This document shows, in pieces, positions 11,672-24,271 of a stretch of 64,000 bases of DNA (the first letter of the stretch is position 1; each line of letters opens with the position of its first letter). The notes under the pieces were generated by a model, which searched no databases, was not told the DNA's origin, and saw only the letters and a program-made list of their open reading frames with translations. The stretch spans positions 31,119,686 to 31,183,685 of the forward strand of contig OZ316892.1 in the NCBI GenBank assembly GCA_973895155.1. Direction: 5' to 3'. The stretch comes from Marsupella aquatica. Lineage: Eukaryota > Plantae > Marchantiophyta. The translations under genes were made by a program, and so were the position numbers.

Positions 11672-12297
11672 GGTATACCATGCATGACTAGGTGGACGTC
11701 CACCTGCATTTTGTACATTTTTGGCACAAACTTTTGACGCCACCCATTTATAGTGGCATTCCGGACTTCATATGTCTATTTATGTGTATTCCGTGTGTAT
11801 ATGAACCTAAACCTAAAGCCCACCCAACTAAGGTAGCCTGGAAGGATGTTCCATACAAGATTAATGTTTACCACAAACGGCACTCCATTCACGTCTCTCC
11901 ATTCTTGGTACTATTTTCAAACGTTCTCGTTAACACCATTTTTACCAAGCCTCACATGACTAACTACTCATACGTCCTGGACAGACTCATCATTAACAAA
12001 GTCACAAACTACGTAATCTGAAATTAACGTCGTTTTAAACGATGTTATCAGCTGATTTCCCTGTTCAATCTGCGTCCAGAATAACGTCTTTATTTACGAC
12101 GTTAATATGTAACGTAGTATGGACTGACGTATGTAACGTAGTTTTGGACGATGTAAACTGTAACCTTTGTTACTTCGTACAAAACGTGCCGTCATTCACG
12201 TCGAGTATGTCGCCTTTCTTTAGCAGCAAGGAGACGTCGGGCTTAACGTCTTCATGTAACATGTAAAAAGTCCTGATAATGTAGTTGTTTAGGGTAG

Positions 12298-13797
12298 ATA
12301 ACACTTGGAACCAGTTTGGTTCATTTCTGCTTTCTTCCCTCGGAGTAAACACTGAAAACCTTACAATAGGCTGCCACCAGAGTGCTCAAGTGAATGGAAT
12401 CCACCAACGTCCTCTTCCTTTGAGCCTCGTAGCTTGCATGGGTGCAGGAGGAAGCACTTAAATTGGATTGTGCTCTTTCATCCGTTCAAGTTCAGAGCCA
12501 CAACTATGGTTCAGAGAACTACTCTCGGACTGGTTGTTGTGAGTAAAAGTTGTTGTAGCTGTTTTCAGGGGATTCCGCTTTCAATCAGTTCAGTGAGCTC
12601 GATCAGCGAAGGCAACTCACATCCAGGTTGCATGTGCCCTTCCAAGTCCCTATTGCGAGCAACCTGCTTCATGGTTGGCATTCCTGTCGATCACATAAAC
12701 AGCCCTCAATTCCAACCGTAATTAGAATTCCAAATTGAACCAGGTTTACATTCAATTAGCACAACATACAAATTTCAATTCACTGGTCAGCGATAGGAAA
12801 TGTAATGCATCGAGGCTGAGTACGACTTAGAGTGCACGTTCTATGGGCCGATGACAGATTGACCTTTCGATTGTAATAAAAGAGTATAGAATGCCTATAG
12901 AAATTGCGAAACCTATTGCCGTGCTTGATGCCTTCATCGGGTTCTTCCATCCCTTCGTGCAACGATTTCCCATGCCATCCCTCCCAACCACAATTAATTC
13001 CTCCCGTCTCCACTTCTCATCGCTTCTCATTCAATTCTTCCCCACCAGAGCCCATAAAATCTCCATGGCTTCTCATGCCTGCAACATAGGGTCTACGATG
13101 CATTGGATGCCAATCAACCCAAAATCACAATTGCATTTCACCGAACCACACAGCAATTCTCTCGTGCACCTCTCATCGCTTCTCAATCAATTCTTCCCCA
13201 CCCACTGGCGTCCATAAAATCTCCATAGCTTCTCAAGATGCATTGGAATGCCGCAGGCCAGAGGTACTTCTTGCCCTCTATTCAGTAAAGCACAACTCTT
13301 CCCACACTTGCTCGTAACCTGGATACGCAGCTACATGCAGCAGGCGATGCGGAGTCACGAGTGCGAGCCACCGCAAACTCTAGCGACCTCCTCTTCGGGA
13401 TAACATTTTGGCCCTAAATAGTAAGTTTCCTTTGTAGTTGGTTTGCAATGTTACTGTACTTGTCGTGGATTTACGTTCGGAGTCGTCTATCCTGGTTTGG
13501 TACACTGCATTTACTCTTAACCCAGTAGCTATAATTGCCGTTGGAGTTACTTAATTTACGGATTAGTTTATTGACGGATAAGTCCTGCCTTTCAATTCTC
13601 TACACGACTCTTTGGTAGAATATTTATAAGAAGAGCACCACTTACTGACGGGAACTTTCCTTCCTGGACACATCGTTTTAAAAAATTGTGTGAGATCCAT
13701 TCGAATCCCGTTGGCAAACCCGACGTAAATAGGACTCCTCTGTAGAGTGTTGCCGACTAGTGAAATGCAGGCAATCAGTCAAATTTGGCTCTCCACA
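12298..13797 (+). repeat. 1.5-kb direct repeat, copy 2
   Basis: Near-identical to 223-1722. Similarity stops after CTCCACA at 13797. Confidence 0.97.
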
Positions 13798-14159
13798 TTC
13801 GGACTAATAGCCTACGTCGGACTAATAGCCTACATTCGGATTAATAAAGGGAAGCACACAATGACATGCCTAATCACCCGAGACTGCAGTTTAAACATAG
13901 CATTCTACAAAACCATCTTCCAATCGGTGTAGCCTACATTCAGACTAAAAGGCTACAGGATTTTGTGAAGCCGGGGGGAGAGGGGGGGAGCACGGAATGA
14001 CATGCGTATTCACCCGCCACTCCATTTACAAGGTGGTGACGACTTTCCCTTCAATCAAATGAAACACTTTTTATTATGAATGACTCTAGTACATTCAGTG
14101 GTGTCCATCTTTTAGTGGGACATATCCTCCAGCGAACTACTTCTTGTACAGCTTGGTGT

Positions 14160-14630
14160 TTAGGTATAATTAGGAAGAGGCATACTGTGCACACAAATTC
14201 TGCTAGGCATGTTGGAAATTCTTTTCCAATCATCAACTTTGTCTGTTGCCCACTTGTGAGTGCCATACAGAACAAACCCGCTCCTACCGCTGGTGGTTTC
14301 CAGATAGAACAACTCATTAACCACTAGACAGTCGGGTTCCTCCTCCCTGAAGCAATAGCAAAGATCGCCATCTTTGTAACTGTTTCCTTCCAATAAAATT
14401 GCGGCTGGAAATCCAGAGTAAATCTTCTGTGTCCCACCCATGGTACAGTCAGCAAAACAGAGCGTCCACGTTCGGCAAATCCTTTCACTGTCTTCGACTG
14501 CCCAAAACTCAAACTCGGTTGGCTCTATAGAAGCTAACTTCATGTCTAGCCGAGTGGATGAAGCAAGCTTCCAATTCCAGCATGGATCGGCGAGGAAGCG
14601 GTGGTAGTCTTCCACATACCTGCTCATCAC
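14160..14630 (-). pseudogene. Gene fragment of unknown function
   Basis: Open frame of about 155 codons with protein-like composition (FEFWAVEDSE, ELFYLE, GFVLYG). No confident domain. Confidence 0.25.
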
Positions 14631-15992
14631 TAGACTCGCGAAACAACACGAATATATGTCATCGGTGACTGGAAGCCTGCACAAACACAGAGAAATGGAA
14701 ATGAAAAACATAGAATGCGCGTAGATAGCCGGGGGACGACATCAATCCATACCAAGATAAACACAGTTATTCTATGAAAATCAGTGAGCGCACCCCAGTA
14801 TATTAACAGTATATTACCTGATGTGCTATCACCGGCGCACGGCGCGCGCATTACGGAGAGGTGAAACTTTAAACTAAACTGGATGATTAATCGTACCTTT
14901 CCCATGAAGGTCGGAATGCAAGCGCCACTCTCTTGCGCAATGACATTTCGGTCTCCTTGAATGTATTGTACTCGCTGACATAGTGAACCTCCAACATCGA
15001 TGAAGACAACCTGGCGGCCATTTTCTGCAAATCACCTCTTCCGTATGGCTGTTCATCGTGTGCAGGAAAACGAATGTTAAAAAGGTGTGAATGAGAAAGA
15101 CTTCAACTCCAGTAACATCGAGAACTTCGGGTCGCAAACAGGCATGGTAGCAAACTCCATCCTCTCAAAACAGCCTCATCACAAAATAAGAAACAGTTTG
15201 CCCGATGAGGCTAGCTTCTCCATTGCCGTCTGCAAAAGAAGGACTAAAGCAAGGAACGAAGAAGCAAAAGAAGGAAGAATGCAATCGTAAGCACCCTACA
15301 CTCGACCTCCCCACCTAAGGCGCCTCGATCCTGATGTGTTCGTGTCCCAAGCTGTCGTGCCTCCTGGCTACCTCGATCTTGGAAGCGAAACGCAGTCTAG
15401 AATGCAGGTAGGGCCACAGGGGATTTGCAGCACTTATGTACTCCGTAAGTGGCTTAGTGTGAGAACTTAGGGCTAAATCTATTCTCCCCTTCTTCAAATT
15501 TTGTCCCATTTTGGCTCTATCTCCCCTCTCCCCCTTTTGTTCCGTGTTGGCCAAGTTCTCGCCACTGTCCCTCTCATCTCTGTAAAGTGCTTTATCGTTG
15601 TAAGTTTGTCTTTTCTTTAATTTCTCTACCTTTTTAATTGTTCTCCATTTACTCAAATTTTGTCCTTTTTGTTAATATTCCGCTTCCCCTCTTCTTCTTT
15701 TTTTCCTCTCGGCCAATTTCTGTCTACCTTCCGCCTCATCTTCGTTTGCATAGTTCTGTACTATTATAATAATTGCACCCTGTATTCCCCATGGGCGAGC
15801 CATAATTAGTGTACTTTCTAGTACAATTGTTCTAGAATGGAGGGCTGAGGATGTCAGGTCTGTGTGGCGGATGAGGGGCTTCCACCGTCCTTTCAAGGAG
15901 GAAGGTGGGCATGTGACCTTCGGAGGGCTAGCTCTCTTTTTCATGATCAATGGTGATGGAAATGTGGCGGGATCCTGTATTATAGTTGTAGA

Positions 15993-18657
15993 CTAGCTCA
16001 AAAACCGTGCTCCGCACAAAATATGTTGTTAGCTATCACTCTTTACACAGTATTTAGTGTCATTAGATTTCTTGCATGTGGGAATAGTTAGTTCGTGTTT
16101 GTGACAAGGCAATAAAAAAACGTCAATCCCGGTAACTGTAAAAATGAAAAAAAATTGAAGAGTAAAGTTGAAACAAACAAAGAATGAGGTAAAGAGTAAT
16201 TAACATTTGGAAGATATATCAGTGTTTTGCATTAAATGTTAGATTTTCTTTTAATTTCCAAAGATTTTTAAATAGACACGGCTAGAGGAAGTAGAAACAA
16301 ACTGTTGGGCTTCGAAGGTTTTGTAATAAGTATTTGGTGAGGTAAAAACAAACTGTTGGGTTTCCAAAGTTTTGTAATAAATATTTGATAAAGTAAAAAC
16401 AAACTATTGGGTTTCCAAGTGGAAATTGCAGTTGTAGATGGTAAGTTTTACATGGCTTGAGATGACAAAGGGAATGGCTGGCTTGATGATTTGAGATAAT
16501 ATGACAAAGGGAATGGCTGGCTTGATGACTTGAGATAACATGAAAAAGCTAATGGCTACCCTTATACTCTTAGATCTGGCAATTTGCCCTCTCACCCAAG
16601 CCAATTTTTGGTGAATTTACTAGGAATATTAATGTAAGTTACAAACAAATCCTGCGTACATTATTTGGCAATTCCTCCTACTAACAGCTGGAGTAGGCAA
16701 ATGTCTTGCAGGTAGGGGAACCTTTAAACCACAGCTGCAGATATATATACCGGTAGCTCTCATTTCCACTATGAATGAAGGGATGGGCAAGATTGTTCTT
16801 TCATTGATCCAATTTGTTGAATGTATTCAAGTTTATCTGTCTCAGGGGTCCTCGAACTACTTTAATTTATTTTTATTTTTATTTATTTTTAAGGGGAAAT
16901 CTGTGAAACCCCACAGAAAGGGAAGAGTCAATCACAATAGTTGAACCCAAAACCTATCAGTCTCTACTCAAGTGAGCTACCACAAAGTCATGCCTCTCTA
17001 CTTTTTATTGAAATGGGTGTTATTCATAAGGCACATTGAATTAAGTGCACATATAGTAGCATCCTTGTGTCATAAAACTTGACTGTACTTTTCATTGATC
17101 AGTGTGCTTATATATATCTAGAGTATTTATAGTAAAATTACCTATTTGGACAGGCTATTTCTTGGACTTCTTGAGGCATGTGGGTATGTAAAAATTTCAA
17201 TTATGTGTTAGTTGACTTGAAGTAACAACTTATTGGATGCCCTTGTGTGCAACTCTTTGGAACTTTTCTTATGAGGACTCTGACTAAGTGGCTTGCGGGT
17301 TTGTGATTCCCCTTGTGCACTGAAGCTGACTCCGCCAACTTCATCATTTATATGATTTTTGTGCTGTCTAAATTCATTTCTATATCACTTACAGAATAGA
17401 CATGATGGTCTATTTTGTTGAAATCTTAGTAGGCCAAAGTTGAGAATTAAACAAATGCAAAGCCAGTGAATGGTTAGCTTTCCACATAAGATACGTATTC
17501 GGACACAAGTGCATTCTAAGCCAATTTACCTAAGCCGACTTTAAGCCAATTTGACCTAGGAAAATTAGACCTGAGCTGACCTCACCTACGCCAATCTGAC
17601 CAGAGAAAACCTTGGCTAAGCCAAGTTGGCCTTTGCCAACCTAATCTATCTAAGGCAACTTCAAAATTTAGACCTGTCCAGCTTTGCGCATTTTTAATTT
17701 CATTTCTATTGGCTAAAAAAGGTGTGAATTTATTGCCTGATAGTATAGACATACTTAGCCGTATACTCTGGTAAAAGATCAGTGCCACTACAGCTTCAAG
17801 TTGAGAAATAACAACGTACAAATGTATATAAAATAGACAAAGCTAAATTTGCTATAAGTTTGCCGCACTTTACACAAATGTCTTCTATATAAGGCCGATG
17901 TCACGTAAGATGATTTGACCTAAGGTGATTTACCTAAGTTGACCTTAAGTTAACCTCACCTAAGCAGATCTGACCTCAGCCAAAATTTATCTGGTTAGTT
18001 TGTTGCAAAAGACATGATTAATGCCTTCTAAGCTGATTTGACCTTGGCAGATCTGACCTAAGCCAAGCTCATGTAACGTTCCGACAACCCCCCCCCCCCC
18101 GCCCCCCTTAATTCTTAAACAAAAGGATTTTCCAGGGAAAAAAAGAAAAACAATTCAATGAATCTAGGAATTACGAATTAGTAAATAAGCAAACAAAAAA
18201 AAACAGCTTTTCTCTTAACAACATCTTGGGTGCCACAACATCTTTTTTATTAACTACATCTTGGGTGCCACAACATCTTTTTTATTAACTACATCTTGGG
18301 TGACACAACATCTTTTTTCTTAAGTACATTTTGGGTGCCACGACATTTTTTTCTTAACTACGTCTTGGGTGACACAACATCTTTTTTCTTAAAGACACCT
18401 TGGGGCGACACCACATTAGTTTTCTTCATGACATCTTCGGCCACACGACATTTTCTTTCTTCCTGATTGCACTACCTTGAGGAAGCACACACTGTCACAC
18501 TGAGCTAGAGGTGAGAGGAAGCACGGTACTATCCACCTCATTCTTTTATCATCAAAATGCGATGACATGATCCGATGGCCATATATGTATCCGCCAAAAT
18601 TGTTTTTGTAAAAGGACGGCGTCGCCCAAAAGGGCGGGATGGTGTATTATAGAATAA
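15993..18657 (-). mobile_element. Non-autonomous Helitron (middle unit of a head-to-tail array)
   Basis: 3' CTAG at 15993-15996 with adjacent CCGTGCTCCGCAC hairpin-type motif. Degenerate 5' end TATTCTATAATACACCATCCCGCC at 18656-18633 resembles the other family 5' ends. Internal tandem repeats at 16290-16540, 17510-18070 and 18210-18450. Confidence 0.6.
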
Positions 18658-19999
18658 CTAGCTCAATACCTGTGCGTTGCACAAAAGAAGTTGTGTCGGC
18701 CAAGATGTCATTGAGAAAAATGATGTAGTGTCAGCCAAGAGGTCGTGGAGAAAAAAGATGTAGTGTTGCCTAGGAGGTCGTGGAGAGAAAAGATGTCGTG
18801 TTGCCCAAGAGGTTGTGGAGAGAAAATATGTCGTGTTGCCCAAGAGGTCGTTGAGAGAAACGATGACATGTGGCCCAAGAGGTCGTTGAGAGTAAAGATG
18901 TCGTGTCACCCAAGAGGTCATTGAGAGAAAAGAAGTTGTGTAGGTCAAGATGTCGTTGAGAAAAAAAGATGTTGTATTGGCCAAGAGGTCGTTGAAAGAA
19001 AACATGTAGTGTCAACCAAGAGAAAAAAAGATGTCTTGTTGGCCAAGAGATCATTGAACAAAAAAATGTCATGTCAGCCAAGAAGTCGTTGAGAAAAAAG
19101 ACGTTGTGTGGGCCAAGATGTCGTTGAGAAAAAATTGTCATGTTGGCGAAGATGTTGAGAAAGCAACGTCATGTCGGCCAAGACATCGTTCACGGAAAAT
19201 ACCAGTGCGTTGCACAAAAGATGTTGTTAAGAAATAAGATGTCGTGTTGCCCAAGATGTTGTTAAGTGAAAGATGTCACAAAGTAAAAAGATGTCTTAAG
19301 AAAAAGTAGTTTTGCCAAACATGCCATTGTGTGAAAGATGTTATTAAGAAAAATGTGTCATTTTGCCAAAGATATCGTGAAGTAAAAGATGTTAAAAGAA
19401 AAATGGTGTTATTTCACCCAAGCTATCGTTTTGTGAAAGATGTTATGAAATAAAAAATCAAGGAAACTAAGAAGGAGTGAGTCTTTTCTTTGTTTTGTTT
19501 TTTTACCCAAAATGCCCATGCATTTGAATGTCAACCACTATAAATTGGAGCGATGTTATATTATTGGTTTCAGATTTAGTGTTTTAGGGTTTAGCAAAGA
19601 TGACTATTCTCTCAATATCCTTTCAATCCCAGTGCGTTGCATAATAGATGTTGTTTGGTTAAAGATGTTGTTGAGAAATAGATTGTACGTGGTGCAAAAG
19701 ATAATCGTTGAATAATTGTTAAAATACATTATTACACAAAAACTTTTGTTGAGTGAAAGATATCATTGTGCAAAATAGAAATTGGGGTCCATGCAAGATA
19801 ACTAAAAATTAACTAATTTCCAAAGAGTTAAATCTCCTTTTTAAGAGCAAAAGCCAATTTTAGGTTCCCATCTCACTCAATCCAAGAGCCATAAATAATT
19901 CAAGAAAATATCTGATGGCTTAGCTTTGTTCCCTCCTTTTTCATTTTTGTAACGGGACGAAGTACTAAAACTGGCGGGATTCGTTATTAAAGTAGAAGA
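18658..19999 (-). mobile_element. Non-autonomous Helitron
   Basis: Minus strand reads A|TCTTCTACTTTAATAACGAATCCCGCC ... GTGCAACGCACAGGTATTGAGCTAG|T. This gives a 5' TC, a 3' CTAG with subterminal hairpin motif, an A|T insertion site and no TSD. Confidence 0.75.
18690..19450 (+). repeat. ~30-bp degenerate tandem array (CCAAGAGGTCGTTGAGAGAAAAGATGTCGTGTTG-like)
   Basis: More than 15 units. A related array in the opposite orientation lies at 18210-18450. Confidence 0.85.
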
Positions 20000-21101
20000 T
20001 AAAAGAAAGATAGAAGAAAGAAGATGAAATTATAAAAACAACTATCATTCATTTCATGTGTATGTGCAAATCTTTTTTTTCGAGCTATATCATCCCGGGT
20101 ATATCATGTGTATGCGCAAATCTTTCTTTGAATGCACATATACTTTTAATGCACATGTACTTTAAACTCGAGAAGGCCTACACCCAGACCCTAGCTTCCC
20201 CTTGGCGCTTTTTTTTTGAGTAAGTTAAGCCGGTCGTGTGCCGGCTGTACGTTGTGGAAAGTATGAGTGAGGCTGTGCGCAAAAGGCATGTGTGATCAAG
20301 CAGAGGGAGTCTGTATGCCGACCCACGTATGCTCTGAGACACCTGGGAGGTCGTATAAACCATAACTAACACCGTATGCCTTTGATCGTGTTGATTGGCC
20401 CACATTGACCCTGACAGGATTCCCTTCCTCCTGAAAGCGCTCCAAGATGCACACTAACCACACACGTGCAAGATATCGTTATCAATCAACGCATGACGTT
20501 AAAGGTAGAGTAAACTACAAGATAATAATAGGGCGATGAGTCTGGATCACAAATAACTCGAAAGAGAATCGTCGCCGTCCACATTTGAGCACGCAGCCGC
20601 CAAAATTGAATCCTGAGGTACGAGCATACTCATTACATGCAGTCAATGCACAGGTCAGATTCAGATTGTCAGTTACAGCGGGCAGCAGGTGCATCACTGC
20701 GTCAGATTCAGATTCAGGGCATAGACCATCAGTACTTCCTTCGTACAAGACCAATCGTAAGTGGGAAGGAACTTGGAGGCCGAATACGTTGTGGACGGTG
20801 TGTGTATAGATTGCGAGTAAGGAATTACCAAAGCGAAAACCCGGTGGGCTAAACTTTGGACAAGAGTTCCCGACCACAAAGTTCCCCTCGGAGAAGTGCT
20901 CTTCGTTGTTGAAAGGCTACGTGTATGCGGGAAAATTGTGAACAGTCGGACAATAAATCGGATTGTGAAAAGAGGTAGTGGGAGATTCGATCACCTTGAA
21001 CCCGAGCTCAATTTGCAATTCCGGGAAGTCAGAAAGAGGCCCCTTTGCTTTGACCGAAACGGCTTTGGTGCAAAATTGGTTGTCGTAGGAGCTGCGAAAT
21101 C

Positions 21102-23468
21102 GTGATGGGCAGAAACAAAAAGGAAACGGTTGCTCGGAATAAGAAGATGAGAGAAGAACCACCACCATCATGCGGAATCATCCACGCCAGCGTACCTCAT
21201 GCAGAGGAAGCCATCGATCGGTTGCAAGCAAATTTAACCACGATGGGCCTTGTGAATTTGATTCGTGTGCCGTGGGGGATGAAGTCGAGCGCTATCGTGG
21301 AGGATGTGTGGATGCGAGGCATGGGAAGAGAATCCAAAGATACAACAATTCGTGGAAACCCTGATCAGTGGACTGAGAAGCTCATTGCCAAGGTCTATGA
21401 TTTGAAGTCGAAAGGAGAAGGTATGTTGAGATGCATTGATTTGACTGGACCTTACTTCGCAGGAAAGAAAAATGTACGTATCGGCTGGAATCTGGAACAA
21501 TGTGCTGATAAATTGAACCTCCTACCTTTGCTGGAATTTCTGGTTCCTATTTTAAATCCGGAACGTCATAATAGAGCACCCGTAGCTCTGGCCAGCACCA
21601 TCATCGCTTCCTGGAAGGGACAGAAGGTGATCAACTGGGCGAATGTGCTCTGCTCCGTGATCAAGACGCAGATTTTGTCAATGAGGTCTGGTTCCTTCAC
21701 TTGGATTGCTGTTTACCTTTCCCATGTGTACGCGCACAAGAAATGTTTGACAGCACCCGAGTTGATTGAGTGGAAGCTTCATCTTGCCTACCTGGAGAAT
21801 GGAGAGAGGGATCCCGATGCGGATACCACGCCCGAATCGGAAGGCGAATCAAGCAAAGACGAGCCCGGTGAATCGGAGGACGAGGCGAAAGTTGAGGTGA
21901 ACCAGGAATCTCCCCGATGGGCCGTGTTTCTAAAGGAAAGTGAAGCGCTGTCAAAAATCTCTACGACCCAGTCAAAAATTCTGTCTAAATTAACTAGCTT
22001 AATCGGCTGTCCACCGGATCAATTGCTCAGCAAGTTTCAGGACTTTTCTTTCTTTTCCATCGAAGAGTTTACCAAGATAGATAAGGACAGATCGAAAGCT
22101 CTGATACGCGTGGAAACTCTGACTGCCAAGAAATTCAATCTCCAAGAGAAATTCCAGATCCGTGTGGAAGCTCTGTCCGCGGAGAACCTCGATCTCCAAG
22201 AGAAAATACGTTGTGCTACTGCCAGGAGTTCTGATGTTTCTTTTACTCTAGATCGGGCTCTAGATAAGCTGCGACCTCTGTTGGATGTTCCGGTGATTGA
22301 CCTCATGAAAGCAAAGTTGTTTGATGAAGCACTCATGCAGCTCGATCACAATGTAGCGAATAGAGTACTTAGATGCGCTACCAGCTTTGCATCTACAGTT
22401 TAGGTTTATTATGATGCCATGAGTGACCTGCACAAGGACTTGATGCGTACAGATCCGGGAGGAGATCTAGGTAAGAAGCGAAAGTTGGATTTTCTTTCTG
22501 CTGCTTCGATTGATGCTACTTCATCCCGATCTCAATGCGAGTCTACGGCAAAAATGTCTGCATGCCCACCTTCCGTACCATCACCTACTACCTCTGTCTG
22601 TGCGTCCCTAGCACCTGCTGCTGAGCTTTCGAAGCTTCCGGCCGCGAGTGTGTCATTGAAGAAGGAGGAGGAGGATGAGAATTTTAGGCGGAAGTTCACT
22701 TTGTTCAGGCAAGAAGCTTCCCGATTTGAGATGCCGATCTTGGAGTTTTGGCGCTACTATTACCATCGTGTTTTAGAGATTTCTGTGTTGCTCAACATTG
22801 TTCCCGGTGGTTTGGTCACCCTCGAGCATTGTGATCTGGAGAGATACTGGACATTATGTAAACAATATCGACCTCTACTCGCTTTTATGTTGCTGTACGG
22901 TGATCTGTCCGTGGTAAAGGTTGAGGCTGCCTTCGCCTACTTTGGCAACTTGCCTTTGTACTCGCTGCAATTCATCGTTGAATTCTTGGAGCAGACCAAT
23001 GCCCAGGCTACTGTAGTCATTCCTACTGGCCCTGTGCATTCGGTTTCACCTGAGCTGTCTGCTACGGAGAAGCATACCATATGGGGTACTATTGCTGCTC
23101 AACGCAGGCTAGCACACTGCGAGCACTACAGGAACACTATGGAGTCCCTTAGCCCTTTTGTCGAGACTTGGAAGGACGAACATAAATTTCGCACAGCTTA
23201 CCCCTCTTATCATTATCATTCCTGTTCACGCATTGATTTGATCCGAATCTGGATGGAAGCTGCTCGAGTACATCGGATGTTCACAGAAAATGAGTTGCCA
23301 AATCTGAACCGGTTGAGGCAGATTTGTTCCTTACCGTTTGCTGCTCACTATCCTGCCGTCCGTGGCTTGGTGGAGAAATGCTTGGTCGAAAACTCGTTCG
23401 CTTCCCCTCCGTTCGATACCTTTGAGTCAGGCACCGCTGTTGTTGGATTCGATGCTGATGCGGTGTAG
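21102..23468 (+). pseudogene. Intronless ~790-codon TE-associated coiled-coil protein with a single in-frame TAG
   Basis: ORFs 21102..22403 and 22419..23468 are in the same frame, separated by TAG 22401-22403. Motifs IRGNPDQWT, KVY..KGEGM, LEFLVPILNPE and VINWA recall uncharacterised bryophyte retroelement-associated ORFs (recollection, not searched). 54-nt internal duplication at ~22105-22206. Confidence 0.6.
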
Positions 23469-24210
23469 TTCCATGGCAATCTCATCATGCTTTGGTTTTT
23501 ACTCGAATTCAACATTTTTGGCATCCAGACATATATTCATGTAGTTTTATATGACTGTACTGTACTTATGTAGTTCATTCCTCATAGTTACGAGAATTTA
23601 GTTTTCCTCGGTTTGTCCTTTCGGATCATGCTTTCCACACAAACTCCTTGTTGGATGTCAGAGTGTGATACCAGTGAGTCCTACACTTTTGTAATTGTGC
23701 AACTCCTCTACCATGTACTGTGTGGGTCACTCCTTTTTGTAGAACAATGTATGTCCAGAGCACCTTTTGCTCGCAAGAATCAGGCGATTTTCGCGTTGCC
23801 TCTATGAATCGAATATGGTTTGGAAATAAAAACCTCAGTCTTTGTTTTCATTTGCCATACATTAATGAGATGTTATTTTGCACGTTGGTTATGACTAGAC
23901 GAATATATTATGATGTCTAGAGTGCAGTGCATGTGTGATGGGTATGAATAGTGTGTCAGTGATGAGGATGAGGGTTTCCAATTTACTTGTACGAGTAACG
24001 TGTTCTGTAGCTCCTTTGGGGTCAAGTGATTATTGACGGGTAACCTCTACAGCCGGTTCCCATCTGGAATCAAAAAGAGTACTGAGTGCCACTAGAGGCG
24101 CCGGAACCCCACTCTTTGGGGATTGTGTGTGTAAATTCTGCTGGAACCAAAAAAGACTAGGGGGGGGGCTCTGAACCCCACTTTTGGGGATGATGTGTGT
24201 TCAAAAGCTT

Positions 24211-24271
24211 GGGGTGAGTTTCGAACCCGGCATCTGAGGTGGCCCACACTCTTTCCCTCTACCAGTAGCCC
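24211..24271 (-). other. tRNA-like Pol III A/B-box remnant (SINE-like head)
   Basis: Minus strand GGGCTACTGGTAGAG...GCCGGGTTCGAAACTCACCCC, with A-box-like and B-box motifs. No complete cloverleaf. Confidence 0.35.

Larger units (their letters stand above)
1720..12288 (-). mobile_element. CACTA/EnSpm-superfamily DNA transposon (~10.5 kb) carrying a SET-domain exon and a cargo ORF
   Basis: Contains a TNP2 transposase and a divergent TnpA-like gene, with dense AACGTC/GACGT-type motif clusters at both ends. Imperfect terminal inverted repeat: ACAACTAGATTTT (1720-1732) vs ATAATGTAGTTGT (12276-12288), 11/13 match. Exact ends are uncertain because no canonical CACTA terminus or 3-bp TSD is visible. 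Confidence 0.85.

Noticed and set aside
223-13797. LTR retrotransposon with 1.5-kb LTRs
   Set aside because: The repeat lacks a 5' TG, no PBS, PPT or TSD is evident, and the interior encodes a CACTA transposase rather than gag/pol.
18690-19450. CRISPR-like array
   Set aside because: Degenerate tandem units without unique spacers, eukaryotic context, and no cas genes.
2106-22403. U-to-C RNA editing rescuing the in-frame stops
   Set aside because: Reverse editing is known from plant organelles, not nuclear TEs; 5mC deamination explains the stops more simply.
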